NCBI GenBank assembly: GCA_000004985.1 | Contig: GG738871.1 | DNA length: 64,000 bases | Direction: 5' to 3' (one strand) | Origin: Naegleria gruberi | Taxonomy: Eukaryota | In this document: piece by piece, positions 32,335 through 45,500 of the stretch | Numbering within the stretch: the first letter of the stretch is position 1 | Layout of the letters: each line of letters begins with the position of its first letter | Program-made: the position numbers and the translations under genes | Notes under the pieces: model-generated | What the model was told of the DNA's origin: nothing | The model's database searches: none | The model's input: only the letters and a program-made list of their open reading frames with translations

Positions 32335-34974
32335 TTAATTTGATTGTGTCACAATGGCAATGTCATCAAATTTCCAGATATTGTCATTCAAATCGACGTC
32401 GAATCCCATTTCCAACTTCTTTCCTGCACTGGCAACTTCCCACTTTTCTGGGCAAACCAGACGAAGCATCAAGAGTTTGAATAGCTCACTAACTTCATTT
32501 TCATTTCTAGTGGTAAAGTAAACAACGGTTGAATAAGTGCTACACACAATGTTCATCCTCTTTGTTCTCCACCTCTTTCTTTGATATTGGTAAATAGTTT
32601 CCAAGTCTAGGAGACGAACTGGAACAGTATGATGATCATCTGGGCCTTCTGATTCAATACCGAGTTGATTGAATTCATTCAACCCAATTGAATAGACCTC
32701 AACCTCTTGAGGTGACCTTTTGGATTTCTTTGTATAGACCAAGTGGCATTTTCCTACGTAAATATCGAGAATATTTGGATCGGAGAGAATTTCGGATCTG
32801 GTTGGTGGAATGATATCCATAGCATAACCCACAGCAGCATGACCATATTGATTATCACCCATTACATAGAAACTTCCATTCACATCCCTCAGATAGGATG
32901 TAAGGGAGTTGGAATAAATATCACAAATATTTGCATTAAATCTATGAATAATTTCTTTGAGAAGAGTAAAGTTTTCAACTGGACCTCCACTTCCAATTTC
33001 TCCATAATTATTTGAACCTGTAACGAAAACTTCGCCATTGGCTGTCAGCAACATGGTGTGATAGTCTCCGGCTTGTACTTTTACAATTCTGGATTTTGTA
33101 AACCTGCTTGTATCCAATTTAGTGAGCTCGTTAACAGTTGGAGGGAAGGAATTTCCAAGTTGGAAATCACTATTATCACCACACATATACACTTGATGGT
33201 CAAAAGTTAAAATTACTGTATGATCATAGCCACAAACAACTTGTTGGATTGGTCCAACTTGTTTTGATACTTTTGTGAGTTTGGTAATTTCTTGGTCAGG
33301 GCTTCCAATACCACATTGACCGAATCTATTACTTCCACAAGTGTACAGTGAGATATTGTCATGAGCCAAGAATAGAGTATGCTCGCCTCGAGAAATGATT
33401 TCCTTAATGTGTAAGAATTGAGCATCTGGAATTTCAGCCAAATCATTCCCAGGATGACCTAATTGTTGGCATGAATTTTCACCACATGACCAAATTCTAC
33501 CTGACTGACTCAAAAAGAAGGTATTATCAAAACCTGCAGCAACAAAAACAATCTCATCTGTAATGTGAGCATAATTGTTGACAAAATCGTGCTTGCTAGT
33601 AATCTTTGAAGTGGTTGGAATTTGTGTGGCATGGGATTGGGTTGGTAAAAATCTGGTAATATCAATAGGGTGAATGACTGTAGTTTCAATACCTTCTGCA
33701 AAACTGGTAGCTGAGCCAAAGAATGAGGTATTATGAGATCTACCTGTGAGTGATGAAGAGGAAGAGGATGAAGATGATTTGCTCTCAATAGTTGCAGAGC
33801 TTCCAAAATTCTTTTGTTGGTTATTCATATTATTATTATTATTATTTGGAGGCAAAAATGGTGAAAGGTAGTTCAAATTTACAGAGCTCCTATAGTATGG
33901 AGCGTTTGGAAGTGATTCAGGTTGAGTTGTTACTGGAGTTTTTTCGGTTTCTCCAGGAGTAATAATGATATCGAGTGATGATGGTTCATCGTTGCTATTG
34001 TACAATTGGTTGGAAAAACTAGTATCATTGTTGGAAAAGCTACTATTGAGCCCTGATGGAGGATTATATAATTGTTGTCCGATGGAGGTTGGAACTCTAT
34101 GGGCTGTTTCAATCAAGGATGATGAAACAGAGAATGAATTAGCTTGTTGGATATCATTGAATTCATCAAAATTATTTCTATTGGAAGGCACTGGGTTGAC
34201 ATTTTGTAAAATACAATCCTCATCATTGTTGAGGGAGAGATTGATTTCTGGAGCCTTTAAAAAGCAACTATTTTCTCGCTGGTTATAGGATTCAGCACTG
34301 ATCATGCTAATATTCGATCGTTGTTTTGTGACAGACATACTAGAGAGATTGAGTCTGTCAATAGGTGCAGATTTTCCAATCTTGTACATCCTAGTTGACT
34401 TAGATAAAACAAATTGATCAACAGCAATATCATGCAATAAATTATATCTGTTATCTCCACAATAGAATACCTTGTAGTGATGGTATGGTCTAATGAGAGA
34501 ACCACTTGGTAATCGTTTTCGTGAGTGGGCGTTAACTGGTGTTTGTGAAAGTCCTTTTGTCGTTTCCTCCGAAGAAACTGTCAGAAAATTATTCTGAGTA
34601 GTGGCACCATTCATAATGACATTATTGGTGTGAATATTTGTTGTTGATGGAGGAACATTAGAGGAGCAACTCATTCTATTCAACAAGTAATCAACACCAT
34701 CCAATTGACCTGATGAACCTTGACCGGACAAGAAGGCATCCTCTTCATCCTGTTTTGGAGAGGAAGTGGGCGATGAATTGTGACTGTACGAAGACGACGC
34801 ATTCGAACCTGTTCCAGCCTTTGTTTGTGGCGAAAGTGAATCGGATGATGTTCTATGAGTGAGTCCTGAAGGTTGACTAGCAGCCTTTGTTCGTAATCTT
34901 TGTGGTGGAACAAAATCGTCTCCTGCTGAAACACTCTCCTGTATACTAGCAAGTTTAAATATCTTGAACACCAT
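32335..34974 (-). CDS. RCC1-repeat protein with long Ser/Asn-rich N-terminal region
   Basis: Several RCC1 signatures: RIWSCGENSCQQLGHPG, YTCGSNRFGQCGIGS, YMCGDNSDFQLGN, FVTGSNNYGEIGSG, YVMGDNQYGHAAVG. Confidence 0.65.
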   Translation of the reverse strand: MVFKIFKLASIQESVSAGDDFVPPQRLRTKAASQPSGLTHRTSSDSLSPQTKAGTGSNASSSYSHNSSPTSSPKQDEEDAFLSGQGSSGQLDGVDYLLNRMSCSSNVPPSTTNIHTNNVIMNGATTQNNFLTVSSEETTKGLSQTPVNAHSRKRLPSGSLIRPYHHYKVFYCGDNRYNLLHDIAVDQFVLSKSTRMYKIGKSAPIDRLNLSSMSVTKQRSNISMISAESYNQRENSCFLKAPEINLSLNNDEDCILQNVNPVPSNRNNFDEFNDIQQANSFSVSSSLIETAHRVPTSIGQQLYNPPSGLNSSFSNNDTSFSNQLYNSNDEPSSLDIIITPGETEKTPVTTQPESLPNAPYYRSSVNLNYLSPFLPPNNNNNNMNNQQKNFGSSATIESKSSSSSSSSSLTGRSHNTSFFGSATSFAEGIETTVIHPIDITRFLPTQSHATQIPTTSKITSKHDFVNNYAHITDEIVFVAAGFDNTFFLSQSGRIWSCGENSCQQLGHPGNDLAEIPDAQFLHIKEIISRGEHTLFLAHDNISLYTCGSNRFGQCGIGSPDQEITKLTKVSKQVGPIQQVVCGYDHTVILTFDHQVYMCGDNSDFQLGNSFPPTVNELTKLDTSRFTKSRIVKVQAGDYHTMLLTANGEVFVTGSNNYGEIGSGGPVENFTLLKEIIHRFNANICDIYSNSLTSYLRDVNGSFYVMGDNQYGHAAVGYAMDIIPPTRSEILSDPNILDIYVGKCHLVYTKKSKRSPQEVEVYSIGLNEFNQLGIESEGPDDHHTVPVRLLDLETIYQYQRKRWRTKRMNIVCSTYSTVVYFTTRNENEVSELFKLLMLRLVCPEKWEVASAGKKLEMGFDVDLNDNIWKFDDIAIVTQSN

Positions 34975-36508
34975 GATCTTGTTGTTTTCTCTTTAAAAAA
35001 GGCCTAGTTTAGTTCTACTGGAGTAGTAGTTTTGAGTGGTTCTGGTTGTTGTTGTTGTTGTAGTTTTGACAACGTTTTTCCAAATCAGCGTGCAGAGTTT
35101 GTAGTTGTGCTGGTTGTTGTAGTTTTGTTTTTTTGAAAGGTTGAGAAAAAAAGGTGTTGGAGGCAATTTTTTAAAGTTTTGTCAAGTTTGAAAAAGCCTT
35201 GTGGTTCTTCAAAGTGTTTCGTCCAAAATCAGCACCGAGTTACCCCACTGGGTTGTTCTTTTCTACTTTTCTTCAAATAAAAGTAGAATGGAAGTAGAGA
35301 GCAAAATATTAATATTATACAATAGTCAGCTCACACTACTGATTAAAACTCTTTGCAATACAACAACAATACTATCTTTTGATGTCCAATGATTTTACTG
35401 TAAATTAAGTTTGCCGCCAGAAATTTGTTTGTTGGCTCACTTAAACTTGTATTTTACTAGATTTAGTGTTTTGTTGTCTACTGATACAATGATGAAGATG
35501 ACACAATGAAAAAGGCACGATAATGGTAATTGGCCTTGCAGATGTTGGTTTGATTGGTGCGTTTTTTTCTCTTGTTCCTTCTCGAGTCAACCAAGAGTTT
35601 TAAAATTTGATTTTGCAATACAACAGCAACAATGCAACTTGTAATTTTACGACTCTTCGTTTTTTGGAATAATTTCTCCAAATGTGATGATTGAAAGAGA
35701 AGATGTTGAGTCGAATTGTTTATGGTTCAATGGTTTTGAATTGACTGTTTAGGAGTTTTAGTTGTGAAAAGGAATCGATAATTAACAAATTAAAAATGAA
35801 TCAGTGATTGATAAGATTTTGACCAAAGGTTTATTATTCGAAACAAAAAAAGAGAAAATGATAAACTATTTCATAAGACTTCAAATTCAGCATTGGCACT
35901 AACAAACCATGACTGTCGGACGACTTCCTTTCTTCAATGTTTCAACTCAAAGCAATTGTATTCGAATCTCGTTAATTTTATACAAAATTGAAGTTATTTC
36001 TAACTCTACAATAGTGGCAATTGACTTTCTTTAAAAATACATCAAATTGCCAACAGAATCCATCATCATCAAACAAATATTGCAAGTGGAAATGCAGAAA
36101 ACAGAAACAGAACGACGTCATATTATTCTTCTTGGTCGGAAGAATATCACTTAATATCTGCCATTAAGCATGCGCGTGAGGATTAATCTTATTGAAACCC
36201 TCCTTTTATTTATCAAGGTTTTTTATGTAGACGGCAGTTTGGCGCACAATACCTCAACATCTCTACAGTTGAAACGCACATTTTGAACGCATCTTACTTC
36301 AATTGTGCTTCTTCTAATTATTCATGCTATTATTTAACGTGCTTGTATTAAGAAACTACAGAAAAAACAAAAGGAAAAAGTGAGGGATAACTGATCAATT
36401 AATAATTAAGAGCGAAACAAGGGTATATTCGGAAGAAGAAAACAAACCTCAACACTAATTTCATGTGCAATTGTTATCAACAACATCAGAGTAAAACAAT
36501 TCATAAAG

Positions 36509-38725
36509 ATGAGTATAGAAATTAAAGTAAAACCCAAGATGAGTCATCAACAATCCAAACAGCATGATGAAATTGTCAATGATCATAAGGCTCACAATCA
36601 GAAGAATCATCATCAGAGACCTTCTGTTCTCTTGTCGTGGCACAATTTAGAGTTTAAAGTAAAGGTGGCTGCTAGTCAGGCTTCAAGAAGAATTGCACCA
36701 TCAAGTTCGGAAGAGCAATTGAATGGAGAATCACAACAAGAAAATGCATCATCACAAAAATCTTGGAATCCTGTCAATTACTTTAAACAGAAAATAGCAA
36801 AGGTTGAGAAACAAGTATTGCAACCAATGACTGGTTTTGTAGAGCCAGGCACAGTTTTGGCAATAATGGGCCCTAGGTAAGTTTTTGCATCTTGTTTATT
36901 TACAGTTGAATGCGGTTCAAATTTTTCAATCTACAATTTGATTCAGTGGTTCTGGCAAGACAAGTTTTCTCAATTTGCTAGCTCAAAGAGTTAAACCAAG
37001 TGGAGGAACAATTAAAATCAATGGAGAAAATGTATCAAATCATATGAGCTCATTCATGGCATGCAGTGCATTTGTGGAGCAGGATGATGTCTTGATGGGT
37101 TCACTCACGGTCAGAGAAACATTGAGATATGCGGCCTTATTGAAAATGCCATCAAGTAAATATACAATGAGAGAAAAGATGGAACGAGTTGACCATTTGT
37201 TGAAAGAATTGGGATTGGAAAAGAGTGCAGATACAATTGTAGGAGTTCCCGGACTTTCGAAAGGTATTTCAGGAGGTGAAAGAAAAAGACTCAGCATTGC
37301 TGTGGAAATTATCAATGATCCAGCTGTATTATTTTTGGATGGTAAGTGGTTTTATCTTTATATGTAAATTAATCATTCTTTGAATTTGTTTTGATATTAT
37401 TATCATTAGAGGTAACAACTGGATTGGATGCAAGAACAAGTTTAAATGTAATTCAAACAATTATGAAATTGGCAAGAAAGGGAACAACTATTGTATTAAC
37501 AATTCACCAACCTCGTTCAGATATTTTCCAAATGTTTGATAGGCTTATTCTTCTTGCACAGGGAAGAATTGCTTATTTTGGAGATGGTCAGCATGTTTCA
37601 CATTATTTTGAAAAACTTGGCTATCAATGTCCAGAAGACTACAATATTGCAGATTATTGTATCGATCTGATTAGTGAAAATCCGTCCTACACCAGTGATA
37701 ATCCAAAGAAGAAACTAGACGAAGCAAGAAGAATTACCTCAATATTGGATCACTATGAAAAACACACTTCACAATCAATGAAGACGCCAAAATACGATTC
37801 AGAAAGTCAAACAGATTTCAAAGCTTTGAAACTCACTAGAAACAATGCCTTCTCACAATTTATCATTCTATGTCTGAGAGGGTTACTTAATACTGTAAGA
37901 AATAAGCAATTAACAACTGTGAAAGTTTTCCAACAAATAGTAATGGCATTACTGGTTGGTTTGATTTTTATTCGATTGGGACATACCCAAACAGATGTAC
38001 AAAATAGAATTGGAGCATTATTTTTCATAATGGTAAGTTTTTGAACCCAATTTTAAATTATATTGATTTCATAATAGACCAATCAAATCATGTCTCCACT
38101 CTTTGGATCAGTTTCAAGTTTTCACAATGATAGACCTGTTTTATTCAGAGAAAGAGGGGCGAACCTTTACAATATTGGCAGTTTTTACTTTTCCAATCTG
38201 GTTGTTCAAATGCCTTTATCAATGTTTTTCCCAATATTCTTTGGATCAATGGTGTATTATTTAGTAGGTCTAAATGAAAATGTAGAACGATTCTTCATGT
38301 TTATACTCATACTGATAGTGGTAGCCATCTCTGCCAGTAGTATGGGTTCTCTGTTTGCAGTGCTGAGCCCATCGTTTGGTGTGGCCATGTCAGTCATTCC
38401 TCTCATCACAACCATGTTGATGCTCTTTGGAGGATTCTACAGAAATGTCTCAAATATTCCACCTTACTTTATTTGGATTTACTGGATATCGGTATACCAC
38501 TTTGGGTTTGAGGCATTAGTTCACAATGAGTTAGTTGGAGCTGTCTTTGAATGCCCTACATCCTTCTGTGCCTCACCAACTGGAGAAGCAGTTATTGAGG
38601 TTTTGGAAATGAATGGTCCTCTCTCCAACATTTGGATCAACTTGGGTTTCATGTTGGCTGTGGCACTCATTTGTCAAATTATCAGTTTTATTGTGTTGGC
38701 ACTTTTCGTCAAACCAAAACGATAA
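36509..38725 (+). CDS. ABCG (white/brown-type) half-transporter, 4 exons (36509..36876, 36947..37341, 37410..38032, 38078..38725), 677 aa
   Basis: Walker A GPSGSGKT is reconstituted across intron 1 (70 nt). ABC signature LSGGERKRLSIA. Walker B LFLD|E spans intron 2 (68 nt). Intron 3 is 45 nt with an in-frame stop. C-terminal 6-TM domain. NBD-then-TMD order as in ABCG. Total 2034 nt = 678 codons. Confidence 0.75.
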
Positions 38726-38870
38726 ATAAATTTTTTATTAACACTATATTTATATTACATTATTTATACATGTAATTAATAAATTATTAAAGAGAAATTC
38801 TAAATTAATAAATGCTCATAAGATTGAACAAGATTCTCATCACAAATTAATTTTTTAAATTTTAAAAAAA

Positions 38871-41639
38871 ATGTACTGCAGTAGTACCTCATCGCCAACT
38901 GCTGATACTACTCTGAATAATAACAACAACAGTTCAGTGGAAGACGAAAGCACTAAGAGACGATATTTCAGAGATATACCGATCGTTAAATTTCCAACAG
39001 ATTATGTGCAACGGAATGATGTTTACATGTACACTGAAGATATATCCTACTTTTTGGGAGGTATAATTCCTGCTTCCGATATTGAAAGTTTATTTGAGGA
39101 ATTTAGAAAAATTTGTCCCAAGAAGATTAAACACGAGCAACAAGAAGTTGTAACTTTTAAATATAAAAAGCAGAGTAAAAAGAGGAAGAAAAAGATATTT
39201 GATACTATAAAGGAACGAATGTTGACTTTTCAAGAAGGACATACAAAGTCAACACCAAGAAGTGTCATAGAGGCAACGAGGAATGCTGAAAGATTCTGTT
39301 TTTTGAATGCAGAACGAGTTCATTCAATGTTTTTAAATGCACTTGTGGAATCTGAATCGGATTTACCTGTTGCTTTCATCTTGTTGAGATCGATTTTGGA
39401 CGAAAAGATAATCAAATCTCCATATAAATCATCAATAGGAATTCATGCAGATTATCCATCTATGGAGCAGAAACAAGAGGGAAAAATGGATATTGTCTTT
39501 CCTCCAGAATTTAAACGTTCGAAACATGCATTGTGGACTATTAGGAAAAAAAATACAAAGGAAATGGAATCGGAAAAGAAAAAGCCCTCAACAGAAGAAA
39601 AGAATTCCAAGTCTGCAACATCTTCAACATCCAAACCAGCTGAAGCACCATCGTCTTCTGGAAAATCGTCAGAAAAGGAGGAAAGGGAAGAATCTCTATT
39701 CCTTCCATTGGGTGGGCATGAAAGTTCCATAGACTCACCAAAAATTATAGAAAAAACGAGTAATAGCACCACTACCAATAATACTAAGAATATTTCTCAA
39801 CCAATAATTCCAACATTTACTCACAGTTTAATATCAATAGGAAAATCAGTGAGAGTTTTATATTCAATGGATACTAGTAAGAATAATTCAATCAATTTAA
39901 CGATATCAATTAAGGAATATGATGAAGCTATCAAGGCAACAGAGAAACAGACGAGAAACATCACTCTAACTGATAATAGAGTTAAGGAATTGTGGATTTT
40001 GGACTATGCATTTGGATTGAGCTATTCTGGAGGAATTGCGGGAATACCCTCGTCTCAGTACTTTAATTCTGGACTATCTGTGGTTTTGGATAAAAGTTTA
40101 CAGCCAATGTTGGAACAGATAAGGACTAAAATCAATATCCCTTGCGTACCCTTCTCAGAGAGTATTCTCAAGAAGGATGTCAAATCTCCTCAACAATTGT
40201 CCAGACTATGTGAGGAAATGGTCACCGACTCATCAGATGCACCATCGACCAATACCACAAGTGCAAGCAGTACAATGACTGATAACACGACAGATAATTG
40301 TCCACCTGTAAATAATATTGAATCCTCTTCCTCCTTCATTATTCCACCAACAACTAGTATTATCCCTCCTGTAAATAAGAGTAAATCAAGCGAAGAACAA
40401 CAACCTAAGACAAACTCTCAAGAGTTTACTAATCACTTCACACTTCCCGATGATGGCAAAATAGATTTGAATAAGTGTGATATTAGCATAACTTATGCTC
40501 CATGGGAAGAGGCATCTAGTCCAGTTGGTAGCAATAATGATGCATATTCTGATAGCCACTCTGTCTTTTTCGATGATGACGATCATGAATTATATATTAA
40601 TAGGAAGAGAAAGAATATGGAAGACCCTTCGAGCAGCGATGAGGAGGAGGAGGATGAGAATGATGAAACGTCAAAGAAAGGAAAAATTAATGAGCCAGAA
40701 GAAGAGTTAGAACCTCATCATATTACTGTACTTAAACGATTATTACAGTTCCAGTTGATTCGAGAAGAAGATTACGATAACAAACTCAAATTTTTCCAAG
40801 CCATCAATGAATATAGATCAGGATCTCTTCAATCCCTCCAAAAAATCATCAATTCCGAAATGGAGAGCCTGAACAATTTTACAGAGTATGAAAACTTTAT
40901 TTGTCCTCTGTCTAAGAAATTCATTTTGGATCCTGTTCTGGCTACAGATGGATTACTCTATGATAGAACGGCACTCTCTCAATGGATGATAACCTTCTCC
41001 TCTGTTTCATTGCTTGGTGGCTGTAGAGTGACATCCTTTACAAATATGCCATCTGCTGTTGAGGAAATTAATAGAATTCTCTCCAAAAAAATTGGACATT
41101 GTATTGAATTTATTGAGCAAATTGTCGAACAAAAAGTTTATTGCATTGATTTAATTCCTTTAATAGATCAAGTTGTATATTATGATTCTACCCTCAAACG
41201 GTATAGACGAAAATTGTTGGATTTTAAGGAAAAAATTATCTATCAAAATATTTCAACTATTGCAAATGGTCAGGATAGATATTTTGATTGTGGAAAGGAA
41301 ATTTTAGAGTTGGAAACTGAAAAGAATGTAAGAATTCAATATTCAATATCCATGTTGGAGAAGAACCCAAACCCTGACTATTACACATACTTCTCCCATG
41401 TTATTTATGAGTGTTGCAACCGTTCTATCAATGAATTGAAACAGGTTCCAAATTTGTCAACACAAATTCTCAACAATATTCTGACTGTTCTATTTCTCAA
41501 AAGAGAGTTTAATCATCCTCAATTCTTTAGTTCTGTAAATATTGATCTTTTCACTCAACCGACAGCTAATCATTGGATGCACATGCTAATACTCCTCTCT
41601 CAAACTGAGGCAGAGATTCTTGCATCAAATCATCAGTAA
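38871..41639 (+). CDS. U-box domain protein (putative E3 ubiquitin ligase), 922 aa
   Basis: U-box signature FICPLSKKFILDPVLATDGLLYDRTALSQWM near residue ~680; long Ser/acidic low-complexity linkers. Confidence 0.55.
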   Translation: MYCSSTSSPTADTTLNNNNNSSVEDESTKRRYFRDIPIVKFPTDYVQRNDVYMYTEDISYFLGGIIPASDIESLFEEFRKICPKKIKHEQQEVVTFKYKKQSKKRKKKIFDTIKERMLTFQEGHTKSTPRSVIEATRNAERFCFLNAERVHSMFLNALVESESDLPVAFILLRSILDEKIIKSPYKSSIGIHADYPSMEQKQEGKMDIVFPPEFKRSKHALWTIRKKNTKEMESEKKKPSTEEKNSKSATSSTSKPAEAPSSSGKSSEKEEREESLFLPLGGHESSIDSPKIIEKTSNSTTTNNTKNISQPIIPTFTHSLISIGKSVRVLYSMDTSKNNSINLTISIKEYDEAIKATEKQTRNITLTDNRVKELWILDYAFGLSYSGGIAGIPSSQYFNSGLSVVLDKSLQPMLEQIRTKINIPCVPFSESILKKDVKSPQQLSRLCEEMVTDSSDAPSTNTTSASSTMTDNTTDNCPPVNNIESSSSFIIPPTTSIIPPVNKSKSSEEQQPKTNSQEFTNHFTLPDDGKIDLNKCDISITYAPWEEASSPVGSNNDAYSDSHSVFFDDDDHELYINRKRKNMEDPSSSDEEEEDENDETSKKGKINEPEEELEPHHITVLKRLLQFQLIREEDYDNKLKFFQAINEYRSGSLQSLQKIINSEMESLNNFTEYENFICPLSKKFILDPVLATDGLLYDRTALSQWMITFSSVSLLGGCRVTSFTNMPSAVEEINRILSKKIGHCIEFIEQIVEQKVYCIDLIPLIDQVVYYDSTLKRYRRKLLDFKEKIIYQNISTIANGQDRYFDCGKEILELETEKNVRIQYSISMLEKNPNPDYYTYFSHVIYECCNRSINELKQVPNLSTQILNNILTVLFLKREFNHPQFFSSVNIDLFTQPTANHWMHMLILLSQTEAEILASNHQ

Positions 41640-41817
41640 TTTATTATAAACATTTCTAATATGAACAATGACCAAGTGTATTAATATTTTCGGTAAAGTT
41701 AATAAGGATAAAATATGTTATTAATAAATATCTTATTGAACTGTATCTCTAAATTGTCATGATGATTTTAATTAAACACTTGAAGTCTGACAAGTTACCA
41801 TATCATCTCAAAAAAAA

Positions 41818-42421
41818 ATGTCATTCTCACTTCCAACAGAAAAACCAATCGTTCTCTCCTACTTTCAAAAATACGACAATAACAACTCTTCATCTATCGG
41901 ATTAAAAGAACTAACTCAACTCTTATCCGATTTGGGTTTTAAAATTGAACAAAAAAATAGTGAAAACAATGAACGTTCTTGGCGGGAATTGAAAAAGAAG
42001 GAAGTTAAGGCAATCGCAACCTTGATCGATAGAGATTGCTCCAAGTCGATTTGTTTTGAAGAGTTTTATATTTGGTGGATTAAATTGAGTGGATCGGGAT
42101 TTTCTACATTGACTAAGAAGGTTAAAATGTTGACTGCTGCTTATGATAGTTTTGTTGTATGTTGTTGTTATTTAATATTTAATATTTAATATATAATTAT
42201 TTTATCATCACAAATATTAAATGTTGATAAAGAATTTCGATAAAGATAAAAGTGGATTTTTGGATTTCCCTGAAGAATTTGATCAATTCTATCAAGCCTA
42301 TTTCCAAGATGCTGGTGATGCTACTCATTCTAAAGAACAAGTTGCTAAAGAACTTGACAAGGATGGAGATGGAAAAGTTTCATTCCAAGAATTGGTTCAA
42401 ATTTTAGGAATTTTAAACTAA
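41818..42421 (+). CDS. EF-hand calcium-binding protein, 2 exons (41818..42156, 42233..42421), ~175 aa
   Basis: EF loops DRDCSKSICFEEF, DKDKSGFLDFPEEF, DKDGDGKVSFQEL; 76-nt intron GTATGT...ATAAAG joins the ORFs in frame. Confidence 0.55.
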
Positions 42422-42525
42422 ACTCCAACTATTAGAAACATTTCAATTATTTCATTATCAAATTATGTATTTTAAAATTTAAAACTCAATAATATCACAT
42501 TTAAATTAAAATACTAAAATTTTTA

Positions 42526-45500
42526 TTGATCTTTACCACCATCAAATGTCACCTGCCAAAAACATTATTAAAAAAAATGAGCATGTCAAATGGCCTGGGA
42601 GATCTAAACAACTCCCAATCCAATCTGATGAAACTGGCCACTCTCAACTCATCCTTCCAACAACAACAATCCATCGACCAAGACATGGGCACCTTTGAGA
42701 AGAAACTTGCCGCCGAAGCCGAAGCCTTCGAGAGAGCCTTGATCGAGGAAACCTCGCAACCTCTCCGTCGTGCACTCCAACGTTACGAATTCTATACGCG
42801 CCAAGAGGAACAACGTCAGGAGAGGAAGAGAGAGTTGGGTTCATTGGTGAAGAGAAAAGAGCGCGGTTTTCAGCAATATACTACTACTCAGCAACGGCTA
42901 GAGAAAAAATGTTCCACCTCGAATCATCACGATTACGATGCCTATTTGTGTTTGGGTCAAGGAGGACAGTTGGTAGAGAAGAATTATTATGGTCCCTTGT
43001 TGGTGTATAGTAGTAATAGTAGTGCTTCTAATAATTCATCATCGGATGGTCAGGATGAAGAGGAGAGTTTGATATTGAATAAGAAACACTCTGATCATCA
43101 TCACCATCATGAAAAATCTGAAGAGACAATGGATGAACATCATTCGGATGATGATTTGATTCATGAAGCTATTTTGGAGGAACAAAAACACTTGATTGAA
43201 ACTTTTACTGCCATGCAAAATGGTGAATTACCAACACCTTCTGGAGTTGCTTCTAAACCTGTCTATTTGGGTGAGGATGGTACCTTGTATAATTTGTATT
43301 ATGAACCATTGCCAAAACAAGATTCAAGCATGTTGAGAGGTAGAGGAAAATTTTCACAAATTGCCTATGGATCAAGTGCAAAATCTTCTGAAGCTGAAAT
43401 TGTGGAAGGTATCAATAAGGCTAAACAATTGAAGGATAAGAAGAATTTAACAAATGAAGAGGAATTAATTGTTAAAAAGTATGGTCAAGTTGTCAATGGT
43501 AGTGAAGAGTTGATTGACAAGTATGTTAGAAGAGGAAGAATGCTTGATCGTTATGAATATCAACATGATCCTGATTTGTACTTGTCAGCACCAGATCCTG
43601 AAAGTTTCACCTCCTTTGATGATTATGAAGAAGCTCTCTTAAACTGGACCAAACAAGTCGAATCCAAGTTGGGCTATTTGCAATTACCTCGTGTAATGGG
43701 CAGACATTATTTCCGTCCAGCCGAAAGATCTGAAAATAGTGCTGCAGCTGAAAATGCCATTGATCAACGTGCTAGTACTCATCTCCATGGCAGTAGACAT
43801 ATTTCTGAGAATCTTACAGCTATTGCATTGAAAGGTGGTTTTGATGATGACAGTTTAGATGGTCCTAACACTATTGGTCACGAAACTTGGGAAGCTCAAC
43901 TCGTTCCTCTCGAACCAAAACCAGAGTTTTATGAAACTTTTAAAGAATATGAAATGGCAATGATTCGTTGGGCTATTGTAACTCTCGGATTACCATTCCT
44001 TCCTCCTCATGTTGCCCAATATCAAACTTTACTCGGTTTGAAATTAGTCAATGAACCAACCTTCCAAATTTCTGGTGTTCAAGTCTCCTCTCAAGACAAT
44101 GAAGAAAAGGAAGATCTTGAAACTAATATCAATGATGATGATAGATTGGATGACGATAAGGTCTCAATTCGTTATGAGGTCAAGAATGAATGGGAAAATC
44201 TTAAACCAAATGTTAAACAAGAAATTACTAATGGTATTCAGCAAGTGGTCAATACCAAAATGGAAAATAAGAAAAAGTATAGATCCTATCACAAACCAGT
44301 ACTTCCTATTATACATGGTACTTTGAAATCTGAAAGAAAGGCCGTTCAGCTCAAACTCGTAGCAGGTGAAAGAACCAAGCCAGAAAATGTCAGAAGTTGG
44401 ATCGTTTACCAAAGACAAAAAAAGTCTCTCAGTTGTGTTCCAGCTCAACTTACTTTGACTTATTCTTCAGCCAACGCATCCGATATAGATCACCAAATTC
44501 CATTGAGAAGAAAGGATTTAACTCCTTTGGATATTCGTGCCTCTCAAGATTGTGAAGAGGTAGAAAGAGATGTCGTGAACTTTGACTCACCAGAGTACGA
44601 TCTCGGTGAGATTGACTTTAATTTGCTTGCCAATAATCCAAATTACATGATGTTCCTTCAAATTGTACTTGCTAGAAAGGATAATGAAAAGAGATTTGAC
44701 CACCTCAACAGTTGGTACTTCCCTAAGGAGGAACCTTTCTATTTGAGTGAAATGTTTAGTGGTTTGTGCTCTGTTCTTGATAAGGTTGAACATCCTTCAC
44801 AAATGAAGGTATCTCACTTTGAAGGCATTTTCCAATCTTCTGTCTATTTGGACGATTTCCAAAAATTCTTGAACACTGACTTGAAACTTAGAATGAGTAT
44901 GATGAAGAATGGTGTGGAAATTCCTGTTGAAACTTATGGTAAACTCATGTTCTGCTCCACAACCAAACAACACTTTAGTGCCATACTCAAATTTTTCCAC
45001 AATTCCAACTCTCCTCTCACTCACGTAAAGGTTGCTCACTATGTCAAGGAATTCTTCAAGCAAGAAAATTCCAAGGACATTATTTCAGAGTACCTTCAAG
45101 ATGATGATTATACTACCTTGCAATACATTGCTCGTGCTGTAACACTTTTCGATGAGGTACCAGTTCAATTGTACGAATACTCAGAATCAACAAGAAATGC
45201 TGTTATTAACATTGTCTTGTCTGATCAAGGTAAAAAGAAGGAAGATTCCACATTGAGAATGGTAGACAAGTTCCTTGTCAACTTGCTCATGTTGTACTAT
45301 ACTAACTGCATTACAGTTTCTCTTGTTGAGGAAGATAAGGCCTACCCACACGTATACCCATTCTTGGTTACTAAACTTGAAAAGTACATTGATGAAGTTA
45401 ACAAGTATCTCAAGTGCAGCAAGTCCTTCCTTAAATCCCACATTTGGAAGATACTTGGATCTAGAACCAAATCTGTTACTGCACTTGGTAAATTTGTACT

